Counted from the stretch's first letter, positions 9,538 through 19,660 are shown. The stretch is 64,000 nt of DNA from an uncultured Actinomycetota bacterium (GCA_963700375.1 CAVOXF010000001.1:91817-155816), one strand, 5' to 3'. Notes: generated by a model not told the origin, from the sequence alone. Translations and numbers: made by a program.

Positions 9538-9986
9538 CTTGACCCCCCGAAGCGGACTCCGATGAGCGCAGCCAGGAAGCCGGCGGCGATCGAACCAACC
9601 GGATAGCCGATCGCAAGAAGCCAATCCCCCGCCCGCACCAACTCGAACACTTCGGTCGAGAACAGCGAAAACGTGGTGAACGCACCGAGAATCCCCACGC
9701 CGACGAACGGAATCAAGAACGGCGACGAGTGCGACCGTCCCGCATGGAGCGCCACAACATACCCGAGTACCAACGAGCCGATGCCGTTCACGAAGAAGGT
9801 CGCCCAAAGCACGTCGAGGTTCGCCACATCGACAATGTCGATGACGAGGGCACGTCCGATCGCACCAACCGCTCCACCGGCCGCTACCGCGAACCGCCGT
9901 CGGCCGGTGATCGACGTCGAGAGGCTCAGTCGGTCGGTCACGGAGAGCGGTGACGCTACCACTGTATTACCGGGATCCAGTAGCAC
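9534..9986 (-). CDS. crcB: fluoride ion channel CrcB/Fluc subunit (second paralog, heterodimer partner)
   Basis: CrcB signature GILGAFTTFSLFS. It overlaps the downstream crcB start by 4 bp. The true start may be internal. Confidence 0.8.
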   Translation of the reverse strand: MLLDPGNTVVASPLSVTDRLSLSTSITGRRRFAVAAGGAVGAIGRALVIDIVDVANLDVLWATFFVNGIGSLVLGYVVALHAGRSHSSPFLIPFVGVGILGAFTTFSLFSTEVFELVRAGDWLLAIGYPVGSIAAGFLAALIGVRFGGSR

Positions 9987-10033
9987 CCGTCCCTACGATG
10001 ACCGCACCCGCTACCGATCCCTAGGAGGGAACC

Positions 10034-10315
10034 ATGGACGAGAAGGCGAATCTCGGCGACATCTTCGACCTGACATTCACGAAGTTCGTAACACCAATCG
10101 TTGTCAAGATTGCGTTCATCGTGGTCATGGTCATGGCTGGACTCGTCTGGCTCGCGGTCATCGTTGCAGGGTTCAGCAGCAGCTTCTGGGGTGGTATCGG
10201 TGCCATCATCTTCGGCGGCCTGGGATTCCTCATGGCCGTCCTGCTGTACCGCATCATGTTCGAGCTCGTCATGGTGATCTTCGCCATCAAGCGGAACACG
10301 GATCGTCTGCCGTAG
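10034..10315 (+). CDS. DUF4282 small membrane protein
   Basis: 93 aa with the motif FDLTFTKFVTPIVVKI followed by two TM helices, typical of DUF4282. Confidence 0.6.
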   Translation: MDEKANLGDIFDLTFTKFVTPIVVKIAFIVVMVMAGLVWLAVIVAGFSSSFWGGIGAIIFGGLGFLMAVLLYRIMFELVMVIFAIKRNTDRLP

Positions 10316-10339
10316 TCGAACTCTGACGCCCAACGCATA

Positions 10340-10372
10340 TCGCCCCGGTCACACGACCGGGGCGATTCTTCT
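10340..10372. terminator. rho-independent terminator hairpin (TCGCCCCGGTC-ACAC-GACCGGGGCGA) followed by TTCTTCT
   Basis: Perfect 11-bp stem with a 4-nt loop and a T-rich tail, read from the sequence. It lies between the convergent DUF4282 and LCP genes. Confidence 0.6.
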
Positions 10373-12032
10373 ACTCAGACGGCGGGTCACATTCGCTTTC
10401 GCCGGTTGAACTCTGGGCCGCCACTCCTTCGGCGAGAACCTTCTTGACCTTCGCGCGAATCCGGTCGAGATCGGGAATCGGGTGGTATCTGGCGTCTCGC
10501 TCGGGAGCGTAATAGGGCGGATTGAACCCGACCGTAGCAATCTGACCGAAGTCGAGTGTGGCTGCTGCCCGCACCAGATCGGGCAGGAATGCGACCGGTA
10601 CGTCGGTCACCACATACCGCTCGATGGCATCAGCAATCGCCGGGAAGGCACGCAAGAGCGTCCACGGGTCCGCCTCCGCCGCCACGGCCCGCAACAGGCA
10701 CCGCTGCCGCGCCATCCGGGCATAGTCCGACGATCCCTTGCGCGCCCGTGCGTAGGCCAGGGCTTCGGTGCCGGAGAGGTGATTCATGCCAACATCGACG
10801 TCGACCGTCGCCCACCGGCCACCCTCCTCAGGTGGCGACACCTCAGACTGCAGCGGTTCCTTGACGTAGACATCGACGCCCCCGACGGCCTCGACGAGTT
10901 CGACAAACGCCTTCATATCCACAAGCACGTAGTAGTCGATGGTGAGGCCGGTCATGTGCTCCACGACGTCGCGGAGCGCCGCCATCCCCGGGTCAACTTC
11001 ATTCGGATACGACTTCGTCCACTTTCGCGTATACGGATAGAGGGCGTTGATCTGCTCGGGGAAGCAGTGGCAGGTCGAGAATCCCGGCTGGTCGGCGACT
11101 CCATCCCCATCGACGTCCGTCCAGGTCGAGGGGTCGTTCGACGGAGAGATGCGACGTTCGAAGTCGACGAAGGCGTTGCGGAATTGCTTCGGCATCGGTA
11201 TCTGGCCCATGTTGCGCGGAATGCCGAAGAGGGCGGCCTCGCCCGTCTGCAGGTCCATCGTCGCGACCATGATCGTGTCGGTTCGCAGCCCTCCGCGCCC
11301 GGGGCCCGAGTCGCCTCCCGCGAGAAGGAACGTCAGCCGGTCGGTGTCCACCCGCTCTTCGAACGGAAGGAACGGGGCCGCAGACACGCCCGAGTTGATG
11401 TTCGGCCGGGCGGCGATGGCCTCCGGATCGCCGATGCCGGGCCGGAAGATCAAGTTCCGGTTTGGGGATGCTTCAGTCGTCGTAGTGGACGGTGGGACGG
11501 ACGTCGTGGTGGTCGTCGTTTCGACGGTGAGCGGGTCCGGGACGGCGTCGGATTCGGCCGATGGCGGTGCCAGGGTCACCGACGTCGGGTTCTCCGCATT
11601 GGCGGACACGAAGACCCGGTCGATCAACCGCACACTCTGGAACCCGTACATCCCGAACAGGACGTGTGGGAGCGCCACGAGCGCGATGAGCGCGCCGAGG
11701 ACACCGAGGGACAAACGACCCGCCCCGTCCGACGCCAGCCGGTATGCATCGCCGATCGCGAACACACGCCACGCGAGGACGACGACGTTGACGACGAGCA
11801 GCGTCCACAGGACGGCAGGCCGAACGACGGCCCCGAGTACGCCAACCACGCCGCTCCATGCGCCGAACAGTACCGCCGCAAGAAGCAGCAGCAGGGGGGA
11901 CGCCACGATGAGGCCGCGCACCATTCGTCCCGCGTACCACTGCCCCGATCCCGGAATCAGGGCCGAGAGGGCGGCCGCGAGCCCGGGCTTCTTGCGCCCC
12001 GTGTCGCGGTCGGCGGCGTGTTCTGCGTCCAT
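10371..12032 (-). CDS. LytR-CpsA-Psr (LCP) family cell-envelope glycopolymer transferase, paralog 1
   Basis: LCP core (LLAGGDSGPGRGGLRTDTIMVA...LSGTEALAYARARKGSSDY...RQRCLLRAV) with N-terminal TM segments. The ATG at 12032 is confirmed. Confidence 0.8.
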   Translation of the reverse strand: MDAEHAADRDTGRKKPGLAAALSALIPGSGQWYAGRMVRGLIVASPLLLLLAAVLFGAWSGVVGVLGAVVRPAVLWTLLVVNVVVLAWRVFAIGDAYRLASDGAGRLSLGVLGALIALVALPHVLFGMYGFQSVRLIDRVFVSANAENPTSVTLAPPSAESDAVPDPLTVETTTTTTSVPPSTTTTEASPNRNLIFRPGIGDPEAIAARPNINSGVSAAPFLPFEERVDTDRLTFLLAGGDSGPGRGGLRTDTIMVATMDLQTGEAALFGIPRNMGQIPMPKQFRNAFVDFERRISPSNDPSTWTDVDGDGVADQPGFSTCHCFPEQINALYPYTRKWTKSYPNEVDPGMAALRDVVEHMTGLTIDYYVLVDMKAFVELVEAVGGVDVYVKEPLQSEVSPPEEGGRWATVDVDVGMNHLSGTEALAYARARKGSSDYARMARQRCLLRAVAAEADPWTLLRAFPAIADAIERYVVTDVPVAFLPDLVRAAATLDFGQIATVGFNPPYYAPERDARYHPIPDLDRIRAKVKKVLAEGVAAQSSTGESECDPPSE

Positions 12033-12200
12033 CGGGCACAACCTATCCCAGAACACGGAGAAGGGCCATCCGGAGGGGGTCGCCGGTCGCGAGTCGCGAG
12101 TCGCCAGAAGGAGAAACGAGGGACTGCGAGCTGCGAAGTGTCCACCAAACCGGGTCAACTACAACGCAAGCGGAGGAGTGGGTCCGGCGACTTGAGGCTC

Positions 12201-13841
12201 CTAGATCCGGCACTCGGTCTCTTTGCCGGTCTCGGGTTGCGTGGTCGGGTCGGCGGTCAGGATCTCTTGCACTTTTGCCCGGATCGCATCGAGGTCGGGG
12301 ATCGGCTGGTTGCGGTGGTTTGTGGTCGGGGCATAGTCGGGCGGTGTGAACCCGACCGTGACGATGTCGTCGAAGTCGAGGGCGGCGGCCTGAGCAACGA
12401 GCGTCGGAACGTAGTCCAGGGGAATGTCCGTCCTGACCGAGGACTTCACCGCGTTCGACAGCGATGTGAAACGGCGCACGATCGTGACCGGGTCTGCACT
12501 GGCCGCGACGGCCTTGAGCATGCAGCGCTGTCGCTTCATGCGCACGTAGTCGCTGCTGGCCTTGCGTTCCCTGACATAGGCCAGTGCCTGATGGCCGTTC
12601 AGTCGGCGCCACCCGGGACGGATGTCGATCTCAATCCAATCCTCGCCCTCGCGCGCCGGCGAGACTTCTGCCTCAACCGAACTTGTCACGTAGGTACGCA
12701 CACCGCCAAGGGCATCCACCACACGGACGAACCCCGACATGTTGACCAAGGCGTAGAAGTCGATGTTGATGCCGAGGAGCATCTCGACGCTGTCACGCAA
12801 GGCGGCCATCCCCGGATCCACCTCGTTCGGATAGGTATCCGTCCACGTGCGTGTGAAGGGGTAGATCGCGTTGATCTGGTCCGGGAAGCAGTTGCACGGG
12901 ACGAACTGATCGGGCACGTTGTCTCCGTTGTCGTCGGTCCAGGCTCTGCGCTCTTCCCACGGGGTGAGTCGTTGCTCCAGGTCGATGAACGCCAGGCTGT
13001 ACTCGGGGTTCAGCGGAACCCGGATCATGTTGCGCGGGATGCTCATGAGCGCCGCCCTACCCGTCAGTGTGTCGAGCGTCGCGACCATGATGGAATCGGT
13101 GCGCAGTCCGCCTCTGCCGGGCCCGGCGTCGCCACCGGCGAGGAGGATCGTGATCCGGTCGATCCCCTCGGTGTCGGCGGGCGGCATCAAGTCCATCGCC
13201 TCAACCGGAGCGGCGATGATCTCGGGCCAGGAGGCGATCGCCTCGGGATCCCCGAGATCCCGGCGGAAGATCAGGTTCCTGGTCGAACGCGGTGCCACGA
13301 TGACGGGGGGTGCCACGAGCGCCGGGTCCGGGACGGAGACGATCGGGGAGTCACCTGGGGCGAAGGGTGCAGGAAGCGGTGGCACCTCCTCAGCGAAGAT
13401 CGGCGCCGCCACATCCCCGGCGACGAAGACCGACTCCAGGAGGTCGATCGCTTCGAGATCGTATGCGACAAACACCGTGTGCGGTGCGGCAACGGCCACG
13501 ATCGTCAGCGACAGAATCGCCGCGGAACCCCAACCCGGCTTCCGTGCGCCGCGCGAGACTCGGAAGGCGTCGACGACCGCCACCTCTCGCCAGGCCAGCA
13601 CCACGAGGTTCGCCGCGAGCAGCGCCCACAGCACCGCCGGCTGAACGGCGAGTTCGAGGATCCGGACGGCTCCGCGCGACCAGAAGGCAACGGCGACCGC
13701 AACCAGAACGACCGACGGCAGGAACATCAAGATCGCACGCCTGACCCGGCCGCCGTACCACTGCCCTGCGCCTGGAATCAAGCCGGAGAGCACCGCGGCA
13801 AGACCCGGACGTTTCCATCTCTGGGCGCTCGTGTCGGTCAT
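12201..13841 (-). CDS. LCP family glycopolymer transferase, paralog 2 (tandem duplicate)
   Basis: Collinear homology with paralog 1 throughout (ILLAGGDAGPGRGGLRTDSIMVA...RQRCMLKAV). It shares the N-terminal motif PGLAAxLSxLIPGxGQWYxGR. Confidence 0.8.
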   Translation of the reverse strand: MTDTSAQRWKRPGLAAVLSGLIPGAGQWYGGRVRRAILMFLPSVVLVAVAVAFWSRGAVRILELAVQPAVLWALLAANLVVLAWREVAVVDAFRVSRGARKPGWGSAAILSLTIVAVAAPHTVFVAYDLEAIDLLESVFVAGDVAAPIFAEEVPPLPAPFAPGDSPIVSVPDPALVAPPVIVAPRSTRNLIFRRDLGDPEAIASWPEIIAAPVEAMDLMPPADTEGIDRITILLAGGDAGPGRGGLRTDSIMVATLDTLTGRAALMSIPRNMIRVPLNPEYSLAFIDLEQRLTPWEERRAWTDDNGDNVPDQFVPCNCFPDQINAIYPFTRTWTDTYPNEVDPGMAALRDSVEMLLGINIDFYALVNMSGFVRVVDALGGVRTYVTSSVEAEVSPAREGEDWIEIDIRPGWRRLNGHQALAYVRERKASSDYVRMKRQRCMLKAVAASADPVTIVRRFTSLSNAVKSSVRTDIPLDYVPTLVAQAAALDFDDIVTVGFTPPDYAPTTNHRNQPIPDLDAIRAKVQEILTADPTTQPETGKETECRI

Positions 13842-14162
13842 GACTGTTCGTCCCGTCTCCCATCGGCGGTACGCGGCGTAGAACCGCCCCCGCCTTCCCC
13901 ACGCGGCGTCAACGTTCCGCGACCCACTTCGGGTTCCCGATCAAACGGATTGCCGCCCGTTCGTGGCGGTCCTGATCCCGGGTACCTCCATGTTGTCACC
14001 GGCCGGCATCCACGATTTCAACACCCAGGTCAGCGGGCCACGATCATCGCGTGGTGAGCGTAGCGAACCACTCCGAAGGTTGATTCGTTCGATGCTGACG
14101 GTGTCGGCATCCACGCGTCGATTCTGGGCAGTAGCCTCGTTTCCACAACCCAGGGAGGCCTT

Positions 14163-15821
14163 GTGAAACTCGTCGAATGCGTCCCCAACTTCTCGGAAGG
14201 CCGAGACCTTTCAGTGATTGATGCAATCTCCTCCGCGATCGCCGGCGTGGACGGGGTGGAATTGCTCGATGTCGACCCGGGAGCGGCCACCAACCGCACG
14301 GTTGTGACGTTCGTCGGCTCGCCGGAAGCGGCTGAAGAGGCGGCATTTCTCGCCATTGCGAGAGCGGCCGAACTCATCGACATGACGAGGCACACAGGTG
14401 AACACCCGCGGATGGGCGCAACCGATGTGTGCCCGTTCGTACCGGTCGAGGGCGCGACCATCGACGACTGCATCGACATCGCCCGTCGGCTCGGAAGCAG
14501 GGTCGGAACCGACCTCGGGATTCCCGTCTACCTCTACGAGTACGCAGCGCCCGATGGTCGCCGCTCGCTCGCCGACGCCCGAAGCGGCGAGTACGAGGGC
14601 CTGGCGGCGCGCGCTGACGCACCGGACTTCGGCCCGCCGCTCAATCCCACGGCGGGAGCGACGGCGATCGGAGCCCGACAGTTCCTTGTCGCCTACAACG
14701 TCAACCTCAACACAACCGACCGCAAACTGGCCCATCAGGTCGCGTCTGCGGTTCGGACGCTCGGTACGGCGACGCGCGACGCCGATGGGAAGATCATCAA
14801 GAACGAAGCCGGAACGACGGTGTTCGCCCCTGGCCGGTTTGAAGAGGTGAAAGGGGTCGGCTGGTACATCGACGAGTACGACCGAGCTCAGGTGTCCCTG
14901 AACCTCACCGACACGTCCGTGGCCCCGATGCACGAGGTGTTCGAGGCCTGCCGAGAGGAGGCCGCGAGCCGTGGCATGCGGGTCACCGGATCGGAGATCG
15001 TGGGGTTGGTTCCGTTGGGAGCGATGCTCGCGGCAGGCGACTACTACCTCACTGCCCAGGGCCGCTCAACGGCCGTCCCGGAGCGGGCCCGGGTGAACGC
15101 CGCCGTCATGTCGCTCGGCCTCGACGAACTCACCCCGTTTGATCCCGCTGCGAAGATCATCGAGTACCGGTTCCGCATGGCACCGGACGGGCTGGTCGAC
15201 CAGACCGTTGCCGCATTCGCCGACGAACTCTCGACGGAATCACCCGCCCCGGGGGGTGGGTCGGTATCGGCGCTCGCCGGTGCGCTATCCGCCTCCCTCT
15301 CGTCGATGGTCGCGGCGCTCACCTTCTCGAAGGCGGGGATGGAGGCGGTCCGTCCTGAGATGGAGTCGACCGGACGCAAGGCCCAATCGCTGAAGGACTG
15401 GTTCCTCTCCGCCGTCGATCGGGACACCGATGCGTTCAACGGTGTGCTTGCCGCAATCAGGATGGCCCGGAACACCGACGATGAACGCGCGGCTCGGGAT
15501 GTCGCGATGTCCACGGCGAATCTCGAAGCGACGATGGTTCCCCTTGGAGTATTGGAGTGCTCGGTCGAGGCCCTCGAACTCGCGCTCGCCGTAGCCCTCG
15601 ACGGGAACCCGAATTCGCTGTCGGACGCCGGCGTGGCTGCGGCATGTGCCATCGCCGCGGCCGAGGGTGCGTCCCTGAACGTTCGGATCAATCTGGATGG
15701 CCTGGAGGGTGACGTGTCTGAGATCGTCGAGCGTCACGACGTTGCGCTCACGAAGGCGCGTGATCTCTCGACATGGGCGGCGAACACGGTTGCAACACGC
15801 ATGGCCGAATCATCCGGCTGA
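14163..15821 (+). CDS. ftcD: bifunctional glutamate formimidoyltransferase / formimidoyltetrahydrofolate cyclodeaminase (FTCD)
   Basis: The N-terminus MKLVECVPNFSEGR...HPRMGATDVCPFVP is the formiminotransferase domain. The C-terminal half matches the cyclodeaminase domain (TDAFNGVLAAIRMA). Confidence 0.8.
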   Translation: MKLVECVPNFSEGRDLSVIDAISSAIAGVDGVELLDVDPGAATNRTVVTFVGSPEAAEEAAFLAIARAAELIDMTRHTGEHPRMGATDVCPFVPVEGATIDDCIDIARRLGSRVGTDLGIPVYLYEYAAPDGRRSLADARSGEYEGLAARADAPDFGPPLNPTAGATAIGARQFLVAYNVNLNTTDRKLAHQVASAVRTLGTATRDADGKIIKNEAGTTVFAPGRFEEVKGVGWYIDEYDRAQVSLNLTDTSVAPMHEVFEACREEAASRGMRVTGSEIVGLVPLGAMLAAGDYYLTAQGRSTAVPERARVNAAVMSLGLDELTPFDPAAKIIEYRFRMAPDGLVDQTVAAFADELSTESPAPGGGSVSALAGALSASLSSMVAALTFSKAGMEAVRPEMESTGRKAQSLKDWFLSAVDRDTDAFNGVLAAIRMARNTDDERAARDVAMSTANLEATMVPLGVLECSVEALELALAVALDGNPNSLSDAGVAAACAIAAAEGASLNVRINLDGLEGDVSEIVERHDVALTKARDLSTWAANTVATRMAESSG

Positions 15822-15857
15822 GGGCCGTGCCGGCCGACCGCCGCCGCGTTCGTGCAG

Positions 15858-16790
15858 CTACCAGCCCAGGTGCACGCCGGTGGCCGTAATCAGCACAACC
15901 ATGAGGCCGACCGCCATCTGGGTCCAACCGATGACGCGAGCCTCCACGGGTGGTCGAGTGAGCGATATGACCGCCACGACGCCGACGAGTCCGATCGCTG
16001 CGACGCTGAGCCGGGGAACGGCGCCGACTGCTGCTGCTACCGCGACCACCGCCGTGCACGCCGCCTCTACGGCGTAGATCTTCGAGGCTCCCGTCGGCTT
16101 GCCCTTCAGTCGGCGGATCTGGCCGCGTACCAGGACGATCGCGGCAACGTCGCGTGCGGCCAACACCAGCCAGAGCCCGAATGCGGGTGCGAGATCCCAC
16201 CCGCTGCCGAGGGCGATCGCCGAAACCGTTGCACCCATGGCAATCGATCCCGAAAGCTCAGGAAGGAGGGCCCGGTTCTTGCTGTGGGCGTCGGCCCGCA
16301 ATGCATAGAGGGCGAACGGGGCGGCGACCAGCACGGGGATCCAAAATGGACCGTCCGCTGTGAAGAACGCCCCGATCGTGCCGGCGAGGGCCAGGCCGCC
16401 GTAGAGCAGAGCGAAGGCCAGAGCGATGCGGGATCGCGGGAGCCATCGCTTCCGCACGAGGTCGGTCGACACGATCTTGACCGGTCGTCGAGCGAGAAAG
16501 ATCCCGAGCGCGGCAGCAGAAAGTTCCCATGCGGTTGCCGACGCCGCCACCAGCAGCCCGAGCACGATCGGTTCGAGCGTGAACCCCCACCCCCCGTGCT
16601 CCGTCGGAAGCGCGATCGACCGTATGCGTGGACGCACGCCGCGAGCCGACGACTCGGCCTCGGTTTCGTACGATTCGCTGCTGTCCGTCACGGCAGTGAT
16701 GATATGTAGGGCGTCACCAGCCGCCAGCCTGATTCCTCCCCATTCGGGGGAGGTGGCCCGAGCGAAGCGAGGGACGGAGGGGGTCACCAT
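15858..16790 (-). CDS. polytopic membrane protein, YwiC-like family
   Basis: Multiple hydrophobic helices throughout and no enzymatic motif. The family assignment comes from overall resemblance only. Confidence 0.45.
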   Translation of the reverse strand: MVTPSVPRFARATSPEWGGIRLAAGDALHIITAVTDSSESYETEAESSARGVRPRIRSIALPTEHGGWGFTLEPIVLGLLVAASATAWELSAAALGIFLARRPVKIVSTDLVRKRWLPRSRIALAFALLYGGLALAGTIGAFFTADGPFWIPVLVAAPFALYALRADAHSKNRALLPELSGSIAMGATVSAIALGSGWDLAPAFGLWLVLAARDVAAIVLVRGQIRRLKGKPTGASKIYAVEAACTAVVAVAAAVGAVPRLSVAAIGLVGVVAVISLTRPPVEARVIGWTQMAVGLMVVLITATGVHLGW

Positions 16791-16957
16791 CTTGCTTCGA
16801 GACCGGGAGACCCCTTCCGTCAGCGCCCGGCGGCCCTGCCACCGTCCCCTGAGGTGAAGGAATCGACACGAGCGCCGCAGCCGAGCGCGCCCGTTCCCCC
16901 GCGCAGACGCACCGGTGCAGTGGTGACACAGCAGGACCGGGGTACCGTTACGTCCGT

Positions 16958-19003
16958 ATGGCCAACGTCATCTCCCGCATTCGCTCGGCGCTTCGCGCGC
17001 GCGGTCACACGGCGTTCCTTGCTGCATCGCTCCTCCTCGGGGTCCTCGTAGGCATCGGAGCGGCGCTGCTCGTGCGGGCCATGGAGCTCGTCGCCGACGG
17101 TGTCACCGAGATCGACCTGTTCTTCGGTCTCGGCAAGTACATCTTCCTGGTCTCGATCCCGCTCGGCCTGCTGGCCGCGTGGTCGCTCAATCGTTGGCTC
17201 GGACCGGATGTCTCCGGCGGCGGTGTTGCGGAGACCATGGTGGGACTCAACCTCGAGGGTGGCTACCTCCAGACCAAGCTCGTTCCCGCGAAGATCGTGG
17301 CCACCGCCGCCACGCTCGGCACCGGCGGATCGGGCGGTCGAGAGGGACCGATCGTCCTCATCGGCGGTGCGATCGGGTCTTCTCTCGCCAGGTACACCCG
17401 CTTCGGGATCGATCAGGTGAAGAGCCTCGTGGCTGCCGGTGCCGCTGCCGGCATCGGTGCAAGCTTCAACGCTCCGATCGCCGGGATGATGTTCGCACTC
17501 GAAGTCATCCTGGGTTCGTTCGCGATCCGCCATGTGAGTGCGATCGTCGTCACGTCGGTGGCGGCCGCGGTCACGACCCACGCGCTCGTCGGCGAAGAAA
17601 CGTTCCTCCGTTCTCCTGCCTACGAGCTGAGCGACCCGCTCCAGCTGATTCTCTATGCGCTGCTTGCTGTTCTCGCCGTCTTGTTCGCCACGTTCTTCCT
17701 CAGGGTCCTCGACCGGACGAGCGTCGTCCGCCTCGCCTCCCGGATCCCATCGTGGATGCTCCCGGTGCTGATGGGCGTCGCTGTTGCGCTTATCGGCCTC
17801 ATCTACCCGGAGACGCTTGGGACCGGTCAGCAGTTCCTCACCAGACTCCTCGCCCTGCGCAATCCCGGGGATTTCGTGTGGTGGGCTCTGTTCCTCATCG
17901 CGGCGCTGAAGGCCGTGACGGCCGCGCTCACCCGCAAGGGCGGTGGATCAGCCGGGACCTTCATGCCGGCTCTGGTGATCGGTGGCGCGGTCGGCGCCGG
18001 GTTCGCGATCCTGATCGATCCGATTTGGTCATTCTCCCGTATCGACCCCGGGGCATTCGCTCTCGTCGGGATGGCGGCAGCGCTTGCGGCCACCGCACGG
18101 GCACCGCTCACGGCGGTGATTCTCGTCTTCGAGCTGACCGGGAGCTACGGACTCGTGCTGCCGCTGATGCTCGCGGCCGCCCTCGCCACGCTGATCGCCG
18201 ATCGAATACACCCCGAGTCCGCCTACACGATGAGCCTTGCCAGGAAGGGCATCCGCCTGCCAAAGGCGGAGGACATCGACCTGCTCGATACCGTCGACGT
18301 GGGCGAGGTCATGTCGGACATCGATGCGATCGCCACCCCCTCGATGTCGATGTCGGAGTTCGAGACCATGCTCGACCGCACGCGACACCACGGCATGCCG
18401 GTGGTCCTGGATCGCGACCTCGTCGGTGTCATCAGCGTGACCGACCTCGAACGGGTCTCCGGACGAGAGGCGGAGACGACCGTCGGCGACGAGATGTCGC
18501 CGCATCCGATCACCGTCACCCCCGATCTCCCCGTCTCGGTGGCCCTGGCACGGATGGCATCGCTGGGCCTCGGCCGCCTACCCGTCGTAGCTGACGAAGA
18601 CCCGACGCGCCTCGTCGGGATGTTCCGACGCGAATCAGTCGTTCGGGCCTACCACCACGCGCTCGGCCTGGCGACTGGTCGGGAGCTCTACCGCGACCGC
18701 GTCAAGGTCCGGACGCAGCCCGGCGCGGCGTTCTTCGAAGCCCTGGTGAGGCGTGGCACGCCGATCGTGGGCTGGCGAGTGAAGGACGTGCAGTGGCCGA
18801 ACGGCGCAATCCTCGTCTCGATCCGGAGGGGATCGTCGGTCTTGATCCCTCACGGCGAGACGGTGATCAAGGTCGGTGACACGATCACCGTGTTCGGCAC
18901 CGGGGAGTCACGAGAAGACCTCGGCTTTCTCCTGGAGCCGACCCGCGACGCAACCGGCGAATTCCTACGACCGCCCGTCGGTGGCTCCGAGGCCACCAAG
19001 TAG
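16958..19003 (+). CDS. ClC family Cl-/H+ antiporter with C-terminal CBS pair and TrkA-C domain
   Basis: ClC selectivity motifs GTGGSGGREGP and GASFNAP. The C-terminus has CBS-like repeats and a TrkA_C-like segment (AILVSIRRGSSVLIPHGETVIKVGDTITVFG). Confidence 0.85.
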   Translation: MANVISRIRSALRARGHTAFLAASLLLGVLVGIGAALLVRAMELVADGVTEIDLFFGLGKYIFLVSIPLGLLAAWSLNRWLGPDVSGGGVAETMVGLNLEGGYLQTKLVPAKIVATAATLGTGGSGGREGPIVLIGGAIGSSLARYTRFGIDQVKSLVAAGAAAGIGASFNAPIAGMMFALEVILGSFAIRHVSAIVVTSVAAAVTTHALVGEETFLRSPAYELSDPLQLILYALLAVLAVLFATFFLRVLDRTSVVRLASRIPSWMLPVLMGVAVALIGLIYPETLGTGQQFLTRLLALRNPGDFVWWALFLIAALKAVTAALTRKGGGSAGTFMPALVIGGAVGAGFAILIDPIWSFSRIDPGAFALVGMAAALAATARAPLTAVILVFELTGSYGLVLPLMLAAALATLIADRIHPESAYTMSLARKGIRLPKAEDIDLLDTVDVGEVMSDIDAIATPSMSMSEFETMLDRTRHHGMPVVLDRDLVGVISVTDLERVSGREAETTVGDEMSPHPITVTPDLPVSVALARMASLGLGRLPVVADEDPTRLVGMFRRESVVRAYHHALGLATGRELYRDRVKVRTQPGAAFFEALVRRGTPIVGWRVKDVQWPNGAILVSIRRGSSVLIPHGETVIKVGDTITVFGTGESREDLGFLLEPTRDATGEFLRPPVGGSEATK

Positions 19004-19015
19004 GCGACCGAGCGA

Positions 19016-19660
19016 TCAGATCGCGTCGGTGACGAGAACCGCCCGTTCCTGCGAGATCAAGCCGGCAGGGATCGTGGTGTCTCCCGCCATCAGCCGTCTG
19101 ACCATCCCGGCCTTGTCGGCACCCTTGACGATCCAGACGATCAATCCTGCACGGTCGAGCGTTGGGCGGGTCAGTGTCATCCGGCGGTATCCCCGATACG
19201 AGTCCGTGACGACTACCGATCGATCCTCGACCAGCAGCCCCGCGTCGAACGGCACGAGCGACGCCGTGTGTCCGTCATCACCGAGACCGAGGTGGACCAC
19301 GTCGAGAGACGGCGGAAGCTCAGCTGCGTACCAGTCGGCGGCGGCCGCGAGATCCGGGGCGTCGACCGGCATCGGATGCGCCGTCGCCGGCACACGGTCG
19401 AGCAGCGTCGCCAAGAGGCCTGTCAGGTTTCGGTCGGCACTCCCCCGCGGGGCCACCCGCTCATCAACCTGGAATACGTCCACCGCCGACCACGGAATCG
19501 CCGCTTCGCTCAGGCGATCGAAAACCGGCCACGGCGTGCTCCCACCGGAGACGGCGAACGTCGCTCCCCCGTTGATCGCGATCCTGGCCAGAAGCTCCTC
19601 GCCGATCACGTCCGCGGCCACAGCCGCCAGATCCGGACCTGCGTCGATAACACGCAACAT
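19016..19660 (-). CDS. pgl: 6-phosphogluconolactonase
   Basis: Pgl motifs FAVSGGSTP, VFQVDERV and LGLGDDGHTASL. The ATG at 19660 is confirmed. The longer upstream ORF is an antisense extension. Confidence 0.8.
   Translation of the reverse strand: MLRVIDAGPDLAAVAADVIGEELLARIAINGGATFAVSGGSTPWPVFDRLSEAAIPWSAVDVFQVDERVAPRGSADRNLTGLLATLLDRVPATAHPMPVDAPDLAAAADWYAAELPPSLDVVHLGLGDDGHTASLVPFDAGLLVEDRSVVVTDSYRGYRRMTLTRPTLDRAGLIVWIVKGADKAGMVRRLMAGDTTIPAGLISQERAVLVTDAI

Noticed and set aside
9987-10060. Fluoride riboswitch upstream of crcB
   Set aside because: Only about 47 bp of intergenic sequence exist before the divergent DUF4282 gene. The reverse-complemented sequence does not match the crcB-motif consensus.
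10482-14057. 1191-aa ORF on the plus strand
   Set aside because: It lies entirely antisense to the two LCP genes, which have clear family motifs. It is low-complexity and R/G/P-rich with no domain, which is the typical GC3-driven shadow ORF of high-GC genomes.
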